A DNA stretch of 64,000 nt from an uncultured delta proteobacterium (GCA_963767925.1 CAVYGB010000008.1:2656001-2720000), one strand, 5' to 3'; shown: positions 43,415 to 62,595, counted from the first letter of the stretch. Numbers and translations are program-made. Notes: generated by a model from the letters alone, not told the origin.

Positions 43415-44081
43415 TTATCGGAGGTCCAGGATCGGCCAGTCGTGTTGCAAGGCCGTGTTGCGCAGGCGGTAGTCGGGGTTCACGGCCGTGGGGTGCCCCA
43501 CGATGGACAACATGGGCAGGTCGCTCATGCTGTCCGAGTAGCTGTAACAGTCGGAGAGGTGCAGGCCCTCTCGCTCGGCGTAGACCCGGATCCAGCTCGC
43601 CTTGGTGGCGGCGGCCATCACGGGGGGCAAGCAGCCGACCGGTCGCCTTGCCCTCCACGTATTCCAGCCGGTTGGTGACCCAGGCGTCGATGCCCAGGTG
43701 GCGGGCCAGAGGCAACACGGTGAGGTCGAGGGCCCCCGTCACCAGCACCTGCCGCAGGCCCAGCCGTTTGGACTTGTCGATCAGCTCGTAGGCCCCCGGG
43801 AAGATCGAGGGGCGGATGACGTTCTCGAACAGCTCCTCGGCCAGGTAGCGCAGGCGGTCCTCGGACTCGCCCCGGTAGCGGAGGAAGAACATGTCGTTGA
43901 ACAGCCGCCGGCTATAAAAGTCCGCGGCGGCAAAGAAGGGCACGCTCACCGCCGTGGTCACGGTACGGACCAGGCTGGCCAGCAGTCCCTGCTGGTTGCG
44001 AGCGTTGTATGCGAAGGCGTGCACCAGGTTCGTTCGAACCAAGGTGCCGTCCAGATCGTAGAAGGCGGCGGCGGCGCCCAT
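43415..44081 (-). CDS. elbB: HAD-IB (SerB-like) hydrolase, ElbB-like (apparent frameshift near 43630)
   Basis: FYDLDGTL (DxDxT), LVTGA, YSDSMSDLPMLSIVGHPTAVNPD. Confidence 0.8.
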
Positions 44082-44120
44082 GAGCGAGGCCTGCGTATAT
44101 CACGGGGGGCAGACGGAGGA

Positions 44121-44152
44121 CAGGGACGCGCCGTGACAACGGCGCGTCCCTG
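44121..44152 (-). terminator. Hairpin downstream of fusA
   Basis: Perfect 14-bp stem CAGGGACGCGCCGT-GACA-ACGGCGCGTCCCTG, followed on the minus strand by a pyrimidine-rich tail. Confidence 0.6.
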
Positions 44153-44194
44153 CGCGACGGATCGCGTCGGCCTGCTCCGCCCGCGCGACGTCCG

Positions 44195-46324
44195 CTAGCG
44201 GCCGCCCTCTTTTTCGCGCTTGGCCTTGTACTCGGCGACCATCGCGTCTCGCTGCTGCTGGGGGACCTCGGCGTACTTCTTGAACTCCATGCTGAACTCG
44301 CCCTTGCCCTGGGTCGCCGAGCGCAGGTCGGTCGAGTAGCCGAACATGTCGTTCAGCGGCACCTCGGCCTGGGCCATGACGAAGGCCTCCTGCTTCTCGG
44401 TGGCGACGATGGTGCCGCGGCGCTGGTTGAGCTGGCCCATGACCGCACCCTGGAACTCCTCGGGGAACTGCACCTCGACGCAGCATGATCGGCTCGAGGA
44501 TGGTCGGCTTGGCCTTCATGTAGGCCTCCCGGAAGCCCATCAAGGCCGGCGGTCTTGAAGGCGATTTCGGACGAGTCGACCGGGTGCGACGGCGCCGTCG
44601 TTGACGAGACAGCGGACGCCGACGATGGGGAAGCCGATGAGCGGACCCTTCTTGATCGCCTCCCGGAAGCCCTTGTCGACAGGCGGGGATGAACTCGCGC
44701 GGGATGACGCCGCCGACGATGTCGTCGACGAACTCGTAGCCCGTCGGGGTGGTCGGCCGGCAGCGGCTCGATGTAGCCGGCCACCTTGCCGTACTGGCCG
44801 CTGCCACCGGTCTGCTTCTTGTGGGTGTAGTTGAACTCGGACTTCTGGCTGATCGTCTCGCGGTAGGCCACCTGCGGCTTGCCGGAGATGACCTCGCAGG
44901 CGTACTCGCGCTTCATGCGCTCGATGTAGATCTCGAGGTGGAGCTCGCCCATGCCGCGGATGATGGTCTGGGCCGACTCCTCGTCGCGGTGGACGCGGAA
45001 GGTGGGGTCTTCCTTGGTGAAGCGGTTGAGCGCCTTGGAGAAGTTGGACGCGTTCGTGCTTGTCCTTCGGGCGACACCGCCAGCGAGATGACGGCGTCGG
45101 GGACGTGCATCGAGGTCATCGTGTAGTTGACCGCGCCGTCGGTGAAGGTGTCGCCCGAGGCGCACTCGACGCCGAACAGGGCGACGATGTCCCCGGCGAC
45201 GGCCTTGTCGATGTCCTTCATCTCGTCGGCGTGCATGCGGACGAGGCGCGGCACCTTGACCTTCTTCTGACCGGCCGAGCAGTTGACGATGAAGTCACCC
45301 TTGGCCACGGTGCCCTGGTAGATGCGCATGTAGGTCAGCTGGCCGTAGCGGCCGTCTTCGAGCTTGAAGGCCAGGCCCACGAAGGGCTTCTTGGCGTCGG
45401 CTCGGAGGATGACCTTCTCCTCGCCCTTGTCCTGGTCGAGGGCGATGTTGGTGCACCTCGGTCGGGTTGGGCAGGTACTAGGTTGACGCCGTCGAGCAGG
45501 AGCTGGACGCCCTTGTTCTTGTAGGCCGAGCCCATGAAGACGGGCGTGATCTTGAGGGCGATGGTGGCCGGCGGATGGCCGCGCGCAGATCTCGCTCGAT
45601 GGTGGGCTCCTGCTCCAGCAGGAACTTCTCCGCCATGCTCGTCGTCGACCTCGGCGAGGGCGGCGATCATCTCCTTGCGGCGCGACCTTGGCCTCGTCCA
45701 GCAGGTCGGCCGGGATCTCCTCCTCGCGGATGTCCTCGCCGTTGTCGCCGTCGAAGTAGATAGGCCTTCATGCTGGATGAGGTCGATGATGCCCTCGAAG
45801 CGGTCCTCGGCGCCGATCGGCAGCTGGGTGATGACGACGTTGTGGCGCAGCTTCTCGCTGCAGCTGGTCGGTCACGCGCTGGCCGCGTCGGCGCCGGCGC
45901 GGTCCAGCTTGTTGACGAAGGCCAGGCGGGGCACGTTGTAGCGCCGCATCTGGCGGTCGACGGTGTAGCGACTGCGACTGCACGCCGGCGACGCCGCAGA
46001 GCACCAGCACGGCGCCGTCGAGCACGCGCAGGGCGCGCTCGACCTCGATGGTGAAGTCGACGTGCCCGGGGGTGTCGATCAGGTTGATGTTGTAGTCGTC
46101 CCACTCGCAGTAGGTCGCGGCCGACTGGATCGTGATGCCCTTCTCGCGCTCGAGATCCATGAAGTCCATGGTGGCGCCGACGCCCGACTTGCCCTTGACC
46201 TCTTCGATCTTGTGGATGCTTGCCCGGTGTAGAAGAGGATGCGCTCCGACAGCGTGGTCTTGCCCGAGTCGATGTGAGCGGAGATGCCGATGTTTCGGAC
46301 CTTGTCGATCGTGATGGCGGCCAT
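44195..46324 (-). CDS. fusA: Elongation factor G (many apparent frameshifts)
   Basis: [86 protein letters not shown]. Confidence 0.93.
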
Positions 46325-46473
46325 GGCGTGGTTTATCCTCTCGAAATCTCCCCGGTACAGCGGGGGCAAAGGCGCGGTAGTTTAAGTGTAAGCACGGGTG
46401 GTAGCCAGGAAAAAGGGGACCGCCCGGTCTCGCGCACTTACCTTGGACTTTCCCGTCCCTATCGGTGCCATGT

Positions 46474-46875
46474 CTACCGAACCTGAACCAGCTCCACCTC
46501 GAAGATCAGCGTGGCGTCGGGGGGAACGGCCGGGCCCTGGCCGGCCGCCCCGTAGGCCAGGGCGGGCGGGACCACGAGCTGGCGCCGGCCCCCAACCCGC
46601 ATGCCCTGGACCCCCTGCTCCCAGCCCGGGATGACCATCTTCTGGCCCAGGACGAACTCGACTGGCCGCCCGCGGTCGTGGGAGCTGTCGAAGACGCGCC
46701 CGTCCCCGAGCCGACCCCGGTAGTGCATGACCACGGTGCGTCCGGGCGCCACCTCGGCGCCCGAGCCGACCACCTGGTCGGTGATGCCCAGGGTGGGCCG
46801 CTCGGGCCGCTGACAGGCCCAGATCAGCCCCAGGGGTAAGACCCGGAGGAGGTGGCGTCGCGAGGCGGCGGGCAC
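46474..46875 (-). CDS. FKBP-type peptidyl-prolyl isomerase, probably a lipoprotein
   Basis: [60 protein letters not shown]-terminal LIWAC lipobox-like signal. Confidence 0.92.
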   Translation of the reverse strand: MPAASRRHLLRVLPLGLIWACQRPERPTLGITDQVVGSGAEVAPGRTVVMHYRGRLGDGRVFDSSHDRGRPVEFVLGQKMVIPGWEQGVQGMRVGGRRQLVVPPALAYGAAGQGPAVPPDATLIFEVELVQVR

Positions 46876-46883
46876 GGGGGGCC

Positions 46884-47144
46884 TCAGTGGGCGAAGCCGC
46901 CGTGGCCGTGGGCGGCCGCGTCCCCGGGATGGAGCAGCTCGTGGGCGTGGCCGATCATCTCGGACAGCAGGGTGGCGACCGCGCAGAACTCCCCGGCCTT
47001 CCGCTCGGCCGCCAGGTGGACCGCGCGGTGCGCGAGGGCTCGCACCAGCGCCCAGTCCGAATCGGCGCCCTTGCCGCCGAGACCGGCCAGCACGGGGGCA
47101 AGCGCAGCCTCGTGCGCCTTCTGGAGATCGTCTATGGTTGCCAT
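46884..47144 (-). CDS. Small His-rich hypothetical protein (86 aa)
   Basis: Nine His, six in the C-terminal GHAHELLHPGDAAAHGHGGFAH; TAGACT 6 nt upstream of ATG; 8 nt from the FKBP start. Confidence 0.68.
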   Translation of the reverse strand: MATIDDLQKAHEAALAPVLAGLGGKGADSDWALVRALAHRAVHLAAERKAGEFCAVATLLSEMIGHAHELLHPGDAAAHGHGGFAH

Positions 47145-47156
47145 CGCATCAGTCTA

Positions 47157-48035
47157 ATGCTTTCTGCACCACCGCCCATCGCTTCCCCGCGGCCCCCCCC
47201 CTCCCCCGCGCCCGCCTCGGCCCGCCCCTTCCTGAAGTGGGCCGGTGGCAAGCGGCAGCTCCTGGATCGTTTCGCCCCGCTCTACCCCACCGCGAAGGTG
47301 GTGGCCTACCACGAACCCTTCCTGGGCAGCGGGGCGGTGTTCTTCCAGGTGCAGGCCAGGCTCTCGCCGCGCCGGATCGCCCTGTCGGACGGCAACGCGG
47401 AGCTGATCGAGACCTTCACCGCCGTCCGGGACGACGTCGAGGAGGTCATCCGCGAGCTCGAGGTGCACGCCAAACGCCACGACAAGAAGCACTTCTACGA
47501 GGTCCGCGACCGGCAGCCGCTCGAGCTGTTCCCCGCCGCCCGGGCGGCCCGCCTCATCTACCTCAACCGCACCTGCTTCAACGGCCTTTACCGGGTCAAC
47601 AGCAAGGGTCGCTTCAACGTCCCCATGGGCAGCTACGCCAAACCGGCCATCCTCGACGGCGACGGCCTGCGGGCGGCGAGCGCCTGCCTGGCCGGGGTCG
47701 ACCTCGCCAGCGGACCTTTCACCCGGGTCCTCGACAACGCCCGCCGGGGCGACTTCGTCTACTTCGATCCACCCTATGTCCCGCTCTCGGCGACCGCCTC
47801 CTTCACCGCCTACACCCGGGACTCATTCGGCCCCAAGGACCAGGAGGAGCTGGTCCGGGTGTACCGGGCGCTCGACGAGCGCGGCTGCCGGCTCATGCTG
47901 TCCAACAGCGACGCCCCCCGGGTGCGGGAGCTCTACGCCGGCTTCCGCTTCGAGGTCCTCCAGGCCCGCCGCAACATCAACTCCCGCAGCGACCGGCGCG
48001 GCCCCGTCGGCGAGCTGGTGGTCATGAACTATTGA
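47157..48035 (+). CDS. dam: Dam-family (D12 class) N6-adenine DNA methyltransferase, orphan
   Basis: PFLKWAGGK, EPFLGSGAVF, YLNRTCFNGLYRVN..G.FNVPMG, YFDPPY, MLSNS. Start position uncertain. Confidence 0.88.
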   Translation: MLSAPPPIASPRPPPSPAPASARPFLKWAGGKRQLLDRFAPLYPTAKVVAYHEPFLGSGAVFFQVQARLSPRRIALSDGNAELIETFTAVRDDVEEVIRELEVHAKRHDKKHFYEVRDRQPLELFPAARAARLIYLNRTCFNGLYRVNSKGRFNVPMGSYAKPAILDGDGLRAASACLAGVDLASGPFTRVLDNARRGDFVYFDPPYVPLSATASFTAYTRDSFGPKDQEELVRVYRALDERGCRLMLSNSDAPRVRELYAGFRFEVLQARRNINSRSDRRGPVGELVVMNY

Positions 48036-48049
48036 ACCGAGGATCCCCG

Positions 48050-48634
48050 ATGGTGCGGCTGAACCGGATCTACACGAAGGCGGGCGACGGGGGACAGACC
48101 CGACTCGTCGGCGGGCAGAAGGTGGGCAAGGACGCCTTGCGCATCGAATGTTACGGGACGGTGGACGAGCTGATGGCCGTCATCGGGCTGTGCCGGACGG
48201 CGCTGGCGGAGCCGGGGGCGCCGCCGGGCGCCGCCGAGCTGGAGATCGTGCTCCGCCGGGTGCAGAACGAGCTGTTCAACGTCGGCAGCGACCTCGCCAC
48301 CTTGCCCGAGGACCGCCACCCCAAGCAGCCGGTGGTCGAGCTCCGGCACATCGAGGCGCTCGAGAAGGAGATCGACGCCTGGAACGAGCAGCTCCCCGAG
48401 CTGCGCAGCTTCGTGTTGCCCGGGGGCGGCTGGGTGGCCGCCTACCTGCACCTGGCCCGGACGGTGTGCCGGCGGGCCGAGCGGCTGGCCGTCCGCCTGG
48501 CCGCCAGCGAGCCGGTGAGCGGCCCTGTCGTCCCCTACCTGAATCGCCTCTCGGATGCCCTCTTCGTCATGAGCCGCCACGCCTGCCGCCTCTACGGCCA
48601 GCCCGAACCCCTCTGGGAGCCCGAAAAAACCTAG
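48050..48634 (+). CDS. PduO-type ATP:cob(I)alamin adenosyltransferase
   Basis: IYTKAGDGGQT, RIECYGTVDEL, QNELFNVGSDLA, FVLPGG, ARTVCRRAER, YLNRLSDALF. Confidence 0.93.
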   Translation: MVRLNRIYTKAGDGGQTRLVGGQKVGKDALRIECYGTVDELMAVIGLCRTALAEPGAPPGAAELEIVLRRVQNELFNVGSDLATLPEDRHPKQPVVELRHIEALEKEIDAWNEQLPELRSFVLPGGGWVAAYLHLARTVCRRAERLAVRLAASEPVSGPVVPYLNRLSDALFVMSRHACRLYGQPEPLWEPEKT

Positions 48635-48682
48635 CGGCTGTCGCTCGCGTGCGGAGCCGCCGAGCTTGCTCGGCGGGAGGCT

Positions 48683-50181
48683 TCAAAGCCTATAAGCGAT
48701 GCCGAAGTTGAGGTCGACGTTGACGGCGGTGTCGGGGAGGCCGACGAGGGTGTTGAGGGCGGCAGTCAGGCTGAACGTGCTGTTCAGGTCGTAGATGAAG
48801 CCGGCCGCCGGGCCGACCAGGAAGCCGCCGCCGGCCACCGTGTCGACGCAGACCTGGTTTCGCATGGGGCCGCAGTCGGGCGGCAGGGGCATGTCCTTGA
48901 GGTCGACGAGGTAGCGGATGTACCCGCCACCCGCCCCCAGGGAGATGAAGGGCCGGAAGGCCTCGCGCTCGCGCAGGAACCAGGTGGCCTTGCCGAGGAC
49001 CGCGACCGCTCCGCTGGCCGGCTCGCAGACGCCCGTCGGCTTACAGCTCTCGTGCCGCACCTCGGTCGCCCCGGTGGTGAGCTGCAGCCGCCCCTGGACC
49101 GACAGCAGCAGCTTGGGGCTGATGAAGAAGCCCAGCTCGGGAGAAAAATGCATCAAGCGCGCCGGCGCGACGTTCTTCCACTCGAGCGCACGCACCTGGC
49201 GGGTTGTCGCGTCCTGGTAGTTGCGGTTGACCTCGGGCGTACCCTTGGCCCAGCCGCCGCCCCCGCCGACGCCGAGGCTCAGCCACACCCGGGGGGCCGA
49301 CGCCGGACGTCCCGGCTCCTCCGACACCTCGGACGCGCTGTCCACCTCGGCCACCGGCTCGGGACCGTCGGAGGTCAGGCGCACCGTGTGGGGCTCCTCG
49401 CTGGTGCCGCTGGAGGCCAGGGCCTGCCCGTTGCGGGCCCGCGCCTCCACGTAATAGGAGACGCTGTCGCCGTGGGTGGCCGGCTCCGGGATACGGGCGA
49501 CGTATTCGCCGCTCTCGTCTCGCTCCATGTCCCGGGCCAGAAAATCGGTGGCCCCCTCGGGCCGGTAAGCCAGCACGAGTCGGTCGAAGACCAGGGTGGC
49601 CGCCACCCGGGCGGTCACCGGCACGGCGTTGCCCGACCGGCCCGAGTCGACCACCCGGTGCACGATGGCCGCGCCGGAGGCCGGAGTCGCGGCGGGCGCC
49701 GGCGCGGGAGGCGCCGGACGGGCCGCCACCGGCTCGGGGGGGAGCTGGGCGGTGAGGGACCGACGCTGCCCATGTCCTTGATCGCGGTGTCGAACGCCGA
49801 CTGGATCTCGGGATTGGACAGGCGCTTGGGCACCCGGATGGCGGGATCTATCTCGAGCGCGCGCTGGAACTGCTTGATGGCCGCGTCGCGCTGCTTGAGC
49901 CCGCCCACCAGCACCACCGCGAGATTGATGTGGGTCTGGGCCTTGAGCGCGTGGCGGTTCAGCCCTTCGGTCGCGCACAGCTCGAGCGCCTGCATGAGCG
50001 CCTTGCGCGCCTCTTCCAGGTCGAGGTTCTCGTAGGCGTCGACCGCCCGTTTATTGAGATCGCGGACCTTGGCGAGCGCTTCGGGCGCGGGCGCTTGTGC
50101 CAGAGAGCTGGCCGCCGTACCCAACGACACCGACAATAAGGCCGCTGACAGGGCAAGAGCCCTTCCGCACGTGCGCATCAT
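48683..50181 (-). CDS. Secreted protein: TPR + Ig-like domain + C-terminal beta-barrel (apparent frameshift near 49765)
   Basis: Signal peptide; TPR AIKQFQRALEIDP; Pro-rich linker; LVLAYRP...VSYYVEA module; amphipathic strands ending NFGIAYRL. Confidence 0.68.
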
Positions 50182-50336
50182 GGGACCAACTCCTCACCAA
50201 GTTCTAGTCCTCTGGAGGACAGGTGGTCAAACCCAATGCCGATAGCGCGAAACGCCCAGGCTGGCCAGCCCGACCTGCTTTCGACCTGCCGGTTGCCCTG
50301 GTGCCGGCGTTACCAGCCTCTATACTTTGAGTCAAG

Positions 50337-52191
<1,855 letters not shown>

Positions 52192-52216
52192 CGGGCCCGG
52201 GGGGGCCCGGCGCCGG

Positions 52217-52804
52217 TCAGGCCCCCTTCTTGAGCTCGGTCAGGACCGACTTCGCGACCGCCTTCAACGTGTCGAACACGCCGGTGCCGACCGTGGCGGA
52301 GGCCTCGAAGTCGGGCACCCGGGTGGTGTTGAGCAGCTCGCGGAGCTGTTCGACCGGGGCGGAGTTGGGCAGGTCGCGCTTGTTGAACTGGATGACGTAG
52401 GGAAGCTTGTCGAGGTTGTAGCCCTGCTCCGACAGGTTGGTGCGCAGGTTCTCCAGCGACTCGATGTTGGCTTCCATGCGCTCGATCTGGGAGTCGGCCA
52501 CGAAGACAACCCCGTCGACCCCCTTGAGGATCAGCTTGCGACTGGCGTCGTAGAAGACCTGGCCGGGCACGGTGTAGAGGTGAAAGCGGGTCTTGAAGCC
52601 CCGGATCTCACCGAGCGACAGCGGCAAGAAGTCGAAGAACAGGGTCCGCTCGGTCTCGGTGGCCAGCGAGATCATCTTGCCCTTCGCCTCGGGGCTGGTC
52701 TTGGCATAGATGTACTGGAGGTTTGTCGTCTTCCCGCACAGACCGGGGCCGTAGTAGACGATCTTGCAGTTGATCTCGCGGGACGAGTAGTTGATGAAGC
52801 TCAT
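52217..52804 (-). CDS. mglA: Ras-like motility/polarity GTPase MglA
   Basis: [33 protein letters not shown]...[11 protein letters not shown]...TVPGQVFY...NKRDL, matching myxobacterial MglA. Confidence 0.97.
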   Translation of the reverse strand: MSFINYSSREINCKIVYYGPGLCGKTTNLQYIYAKTSPEAKGKMISLATETERTLFFDFLPLSLGEIRGFKTRFHLYTVPGQVFYDASRKLILKGVDGVVFVADSQIERMEANIESLENLRTNLSEQGYNLDKLPYVIQFNKRDLPNSAPVEQLRELLNTTRVPDFEASATVGTGVFDTLKAVAKSVLTELKKGA

Positions 52805-52825
52805 GCGACGACTTCCGCTGGCCTT

Positions 52826-53305
52826 CTAGTCGTTGAAGAGGTTGTCGATGTCGCTGTCGGTGATCTCGCTGAGCACCGACGTTCCGTGACGGCTGGCAGC
52901 CTTCTTGGTCACCAGATCGAACAACCTGGCCATCTCCTCCGTCGCTTTCTTGACCCGCAGCCGCACCAGCCCCAGCGACGATCGCTCGTCGAACAGGACG
53001 ACCAGGATGGCTCGCCCTGCGACAAGGGTGATGTGGACGTGGGTCTTTTCCCCCTCATGGAACTGACTCGTGAAGTCTTTTTCCCTGAGGATCTTGGAGA
53101 TACCCCCGGTGGCCGCCACGTTGCCGGCGGTCAGCGAGGAGAGGGAGGTCACGTCCAGCTCGGCGACGTCTCCGGCATCCGCGATCGGCTGACCGTCACG
53201 ACCGATGAGCAGAACGGCTTTGGCATTGGCATCCCGGTGCAGGCGCTGACAAACGGCCGCAATCAGCTCCTGCTCCTCGGGAAACATCACATCGGGGCCG
53301 CTCAT
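52826..53305 (-). CDS. mglB: Roadblock/LC7 GTPase-activating protein MglB
   Basis: DANAK, SLTAGNVAA, QFHEG, SLGLVRLRVKKA, C-terminal DIDNLF; directly upstream of mglA. Confidence 0.93.
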   Translation of the reverse strand: MSGPDVMFPEEQELIAAVCQRLHRDANAKAVLLIGRDGQPIADAGDVAELDVTSLSSLTAGNVAATGGISKILREKDFTSQFHEGEKTHVHITLVAGRAILVVLFDERSSLGLVRLRVKKATEEMARLFDLVTKKAASRHGTSVLSEITDSDIDNLFND

Positions 53306-53396
53306 TTTAGGCGCTCAAAGACATCAAGATCTGAAGCCCACCATTAACATCGGTCGGACGTTCCTTCAAGTTCAGGTCCGACGTTGGATCAGGCGG

Positions 53397-53425
53397 AAAA
53401 CCCCGGCGGGCTGCGGCCGGCGGGG
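53397..53425 (-). terminator. Probable intrinsic terminator after recR
   Basis: Minus strand CCCCGCCGG...CCGCCGGGG (one mismatch) followed by TTTT. Confidence 0.45.
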
Positions 53426-53428
53426 CGC

Positions 53429-54031
53429 TCATATGTCCCGGCGCCCTTCGATGGCCCGGGCCAGGGTCAGCCGATCGGCATATTCGAGCTCCCCGCCCAT
53501 GGGCACGCCCGTGGCGATCCGGCTCGCTTTTACCCCCAGGGGGCGCAGCAGCTTGGCCAGGTACACGGCGGTCGCTTCCCCTTCCACGCTCGGGTTTGTA
53601 GCCACGATGACTTCTTTGACCTCCCCGCTCCCACATCGTCGCACCAGCTCCTCTATTCTCAGATCTTCAGGCCCTGTCCCCTCGAGGGGCGAGAGCACTC
53701 CGTGCAGCACATGGTACCGCCCACGGTACCCGGCCGTGCGCTCGATTGCGACGACGTCTTGAGGTTGTGCGACCACACACACCAAACTGGCGTCCCGGCG
53801 GGCGTCCCCGCACAGGCCACAGGGGTCGGTCTCGGTGAAATCCCAGCACAGCCCACACAGGCGGATCCGCCGGCGCAGCTCCACGATGGCCTCGGCCAGG
53901 GCCTCGGCGTCGGCGGGGGGGGCCCGCAGAATGTGAAAAGCCAGGCGGGCGCCCGTCTTTTGCCCGACCCCGGGCAGCTTGGCGAGCTGCTGGATCAGGC
54001 GGGCGATCGGTCCGGCGGAGGGTCCGCTCAT
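53429..54031 (-). CDS. recR: Recombination protein RecR
   Basis: LPGVGQKTGARLAFH (HhH), CGLC...CGLC zinc finger, YHVLHGVLSP, ATNPSVEGEATA, GGELEYAD. Confidence 0.96.
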   Translation of the reverse strand: MSGPSAGPIARLIQQLAKLPGVGQKTGARLAFHILRAPPADAEALAEAIVELRRRIRLCGLCWDFTETDPCGLCGDARRDASLVCVVAQPQDVVAIERTAGYRGRYHVLHGVLSPLEGTGPEDLRIEELVRRCGSGEVKEVIVATNPSVEGEATAVYLAKLLRPLGVKASRIATGVPMGGELEYADRLTLARAIEGRRDI

Positions 54032-54032
54032 G

Positions 54033-54355
54033 TCACCCGCCGAACATTCCCGGGGGGAGCTGCATGCCGCCGGTAGCGCGCACGACCTCTTCCTGGGCCA
54101 TCTGCCGGGCCCGCTCGAGGGCCAGGTTCACCGCGGCCAGCACCAGATCCTGCAGCATCTGCTGGTTCTCCGGTCCCAGCAGGGAGGGGTCGACCTGGAG
54201 GGCGACGAGGTCGCCCTTGCCGTTGGCCGTGCACTGGACCAGGCCGCCGCCGGTCTCGGCCGAGACCGTCTTGTTGCCGAGCTCGGTCTTGACCCGGGCC
54301 ATCTCCACCTGGATCCGCTGCGCTGCTTCGAACAGCCCCTTCAAATAATCGCCGC

Positions 54356-54359
<4 letters not shown>
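54033..54359 (-). CDS. ybaB: YbaB/EbfC nucleoid-associated protein
   Basis: AETGGGLVQCTANG, MLQDLVLAAVNLAL; canonical position between dnaX and recR. Confidence 0.93.
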
Positions 54360-56146
<1,787 letters not shown>

Positions 56147-56251
56147 CGCCCGAATCTACGCTGAACCGCGCGGCGCTTCCAGGGCGGTCGAAGTCCATCC
56201 CGACGGAGGGCTCTTGTCTCACAAGACGCGGTGCTTACGTTTCGCAAAGAC

Positions 56252-58852
<2,601 letters not shown>

Positions 58853-58890
58853 TGACAGACTATCGGTAACCCTCGCCCCTCGAACCGGAG

Positions 58891-59841
58891 ATGAAAGACC
58901 TCTACAAGAGCCTCGGCGTCTCCGAGAGCGCCAGCGAAGACGAGATCAAGCAGGCCTTCCGGAAGCAGGCCAAGGCGAACCACCCCGACAAGACCGGCGG
59001 GGACAAGCGCAAGACCGAGCGGTTCAAGGAGATCAACGAGGCCTACGCCGTCCTCGGCGACAAGCAGAAGCGGGAAGAGTACGACCGGCTCCGCCGGGCC
59101 CCGGTCGGCTCGGATGGCATGCCCATGGGCTTCGACCGGGACACCTTCGAGCAGGTCTTCGGGGGGAACTTCGGGCGGGGCGGGAGCGGAAATGTGCGGG
59201 CGCCGACCGACTTCGACGGCGACGTGGGAGATCTGTTCGCCAGCCTGTTCGGTGGGGGCGGCGCCAGCCCCTTCGGTCGCGGCCCCACCCGCCGGGGGCA
59301 CGCGCGGGGCGCCGACCACCTCGGCTTGCTCGAGCTCGATCTGCGGGAGGCGGCCCTGGGGACGCGAAAGACCGTCCAGACCGGGAACGGCGCCGCGATC
59401 GAGGTGCTGGTGCCGCCAGGCGTCGACACCGGCGGGCGGCTCCGCGTCTCCGGTCAGGGGGCTCCACCCCGGCAGCGAGGTGGCGAGCCGGGCGACCTGC
59501 ACCTCGAGATACGGGTGCGCCCGGATCCGGTGCTGTCGCGAAATGGTGCAGACATCGAGATGGATCTGCCCCTCGCGGTGGCCGAAGCGGTGCTCGGCAC
59601 CAAAGTCGAGGTCCCCACGTTGGAGGGCTCCGTACATGTAACCGTTCCGCCGGGGACCTCGAGCGGCGCCCGGCTGCGCCTGCGTGGGCGTGGGGTGAAA
59701 CGCGCCGATGGTGGGCGGGGAGATCAGATCATGCGCGTGCAGGTGGTCGTACCCAAGCTCGCCGAGGACGACGCCGAGAGCCGGCGTCTCGTCGAGGAGC
59801 TCGGGCAGCGCACCCAGAGCCGCCCCGTCCGAAGCTTTTGA
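58891..59841 (+). CDS. Class B J-domain protein (DnaJ/CbpA-like, no zinc finger)
   Basis: J domain with HPD and FKEINEAY; G/F-rich region; C-terminal GDLHLEIRV and VPPGTSSG..LRLRGRG; no CxxCxGxG repeats. Confidence 0.9.
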   Translation: MKDLYKSLGVSESASEDEIKQAFRKQAKANHPDKTGGDKRKTERFKEINEAYAVLGDKQKREEYDRLRRAPVGSDGMPMGFDRDTFEQVFGGNFGRGGSGNVRAPTDFDGDVGDLFASLFGGGGASPFGRGPTRRGHARGADHLGLLELDLREAALGTRKTVQTGNGAAIEVLVPPGVDTGGRLRVSGQGAPPRQRGGEPGDLHLEIRVRPDPVLSRNGADIEMDLPLAVAEAVLGTKVEVPTLEGSVHVTVPPGTSSGARLRLRGRGVKRADGGRGDQIMRVQVVVPKLAEDDAESRRLVEELGQRTQSRPVRSF

Positions 59842-60036
59842 CCCGAACCCTGAGAGGGTTCCATACCTGCGACGACCAGGACGCGATGGCCAACCCACCT
59901 GGCCCTCCGAGCAGCGAAAACCACGTCCTGCAGCCAGGAATCTGCGCTTGCGGTTCGGTTTCGAGCCGCCTAACTTGAGACAAGAGAGGCCCGTAACCGA
60001 AGGCCCCGATCGGCTTCCAATACTTGAGGAAAAGGC

Positions 60037-62403
<2,367 letters not shown>

Positions 62404-62419
62404 CGCGCCCGCTCGCAAG

Positions 62420-62461
62420 AGGCCCGTACCGGCGGATTCGCTCCGCCGGACGGGCCTTTTT
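62420..62461 (+). terminator. Rho-independent terminator after lon
   Basis: AGGCCCGT-A-CCGGCGGA / TTCGC / TCCGCCGG-ACGGGCCT followed by TTTT. Confidence 0.85.
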
Positions 62462-62529
62462 CCGTTGGCGTCGCTGCGCGTCCGGTCGCCAAAAATGTTG
62501 GCGCCACAAAATTGTCATGGGGGTTACTC

Positions 62530-62557
62530 TTGCTTACTCGGTAAACCAGGGTACGAT
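62530..62557 (+). promoter_or_regulatory. Possible sigma70-type promoter for the kinase gene
   Basis: TTGCTT, 16-nt spacer, TACGAT in an AT-rich patch about 40 nt upstream of ATG 62596. Confidence 0.45.
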
Positions 62558-62595
62558 AAGGCTCACCTCAGCGTCTTTTGTGGGTCAGGAGCGTG

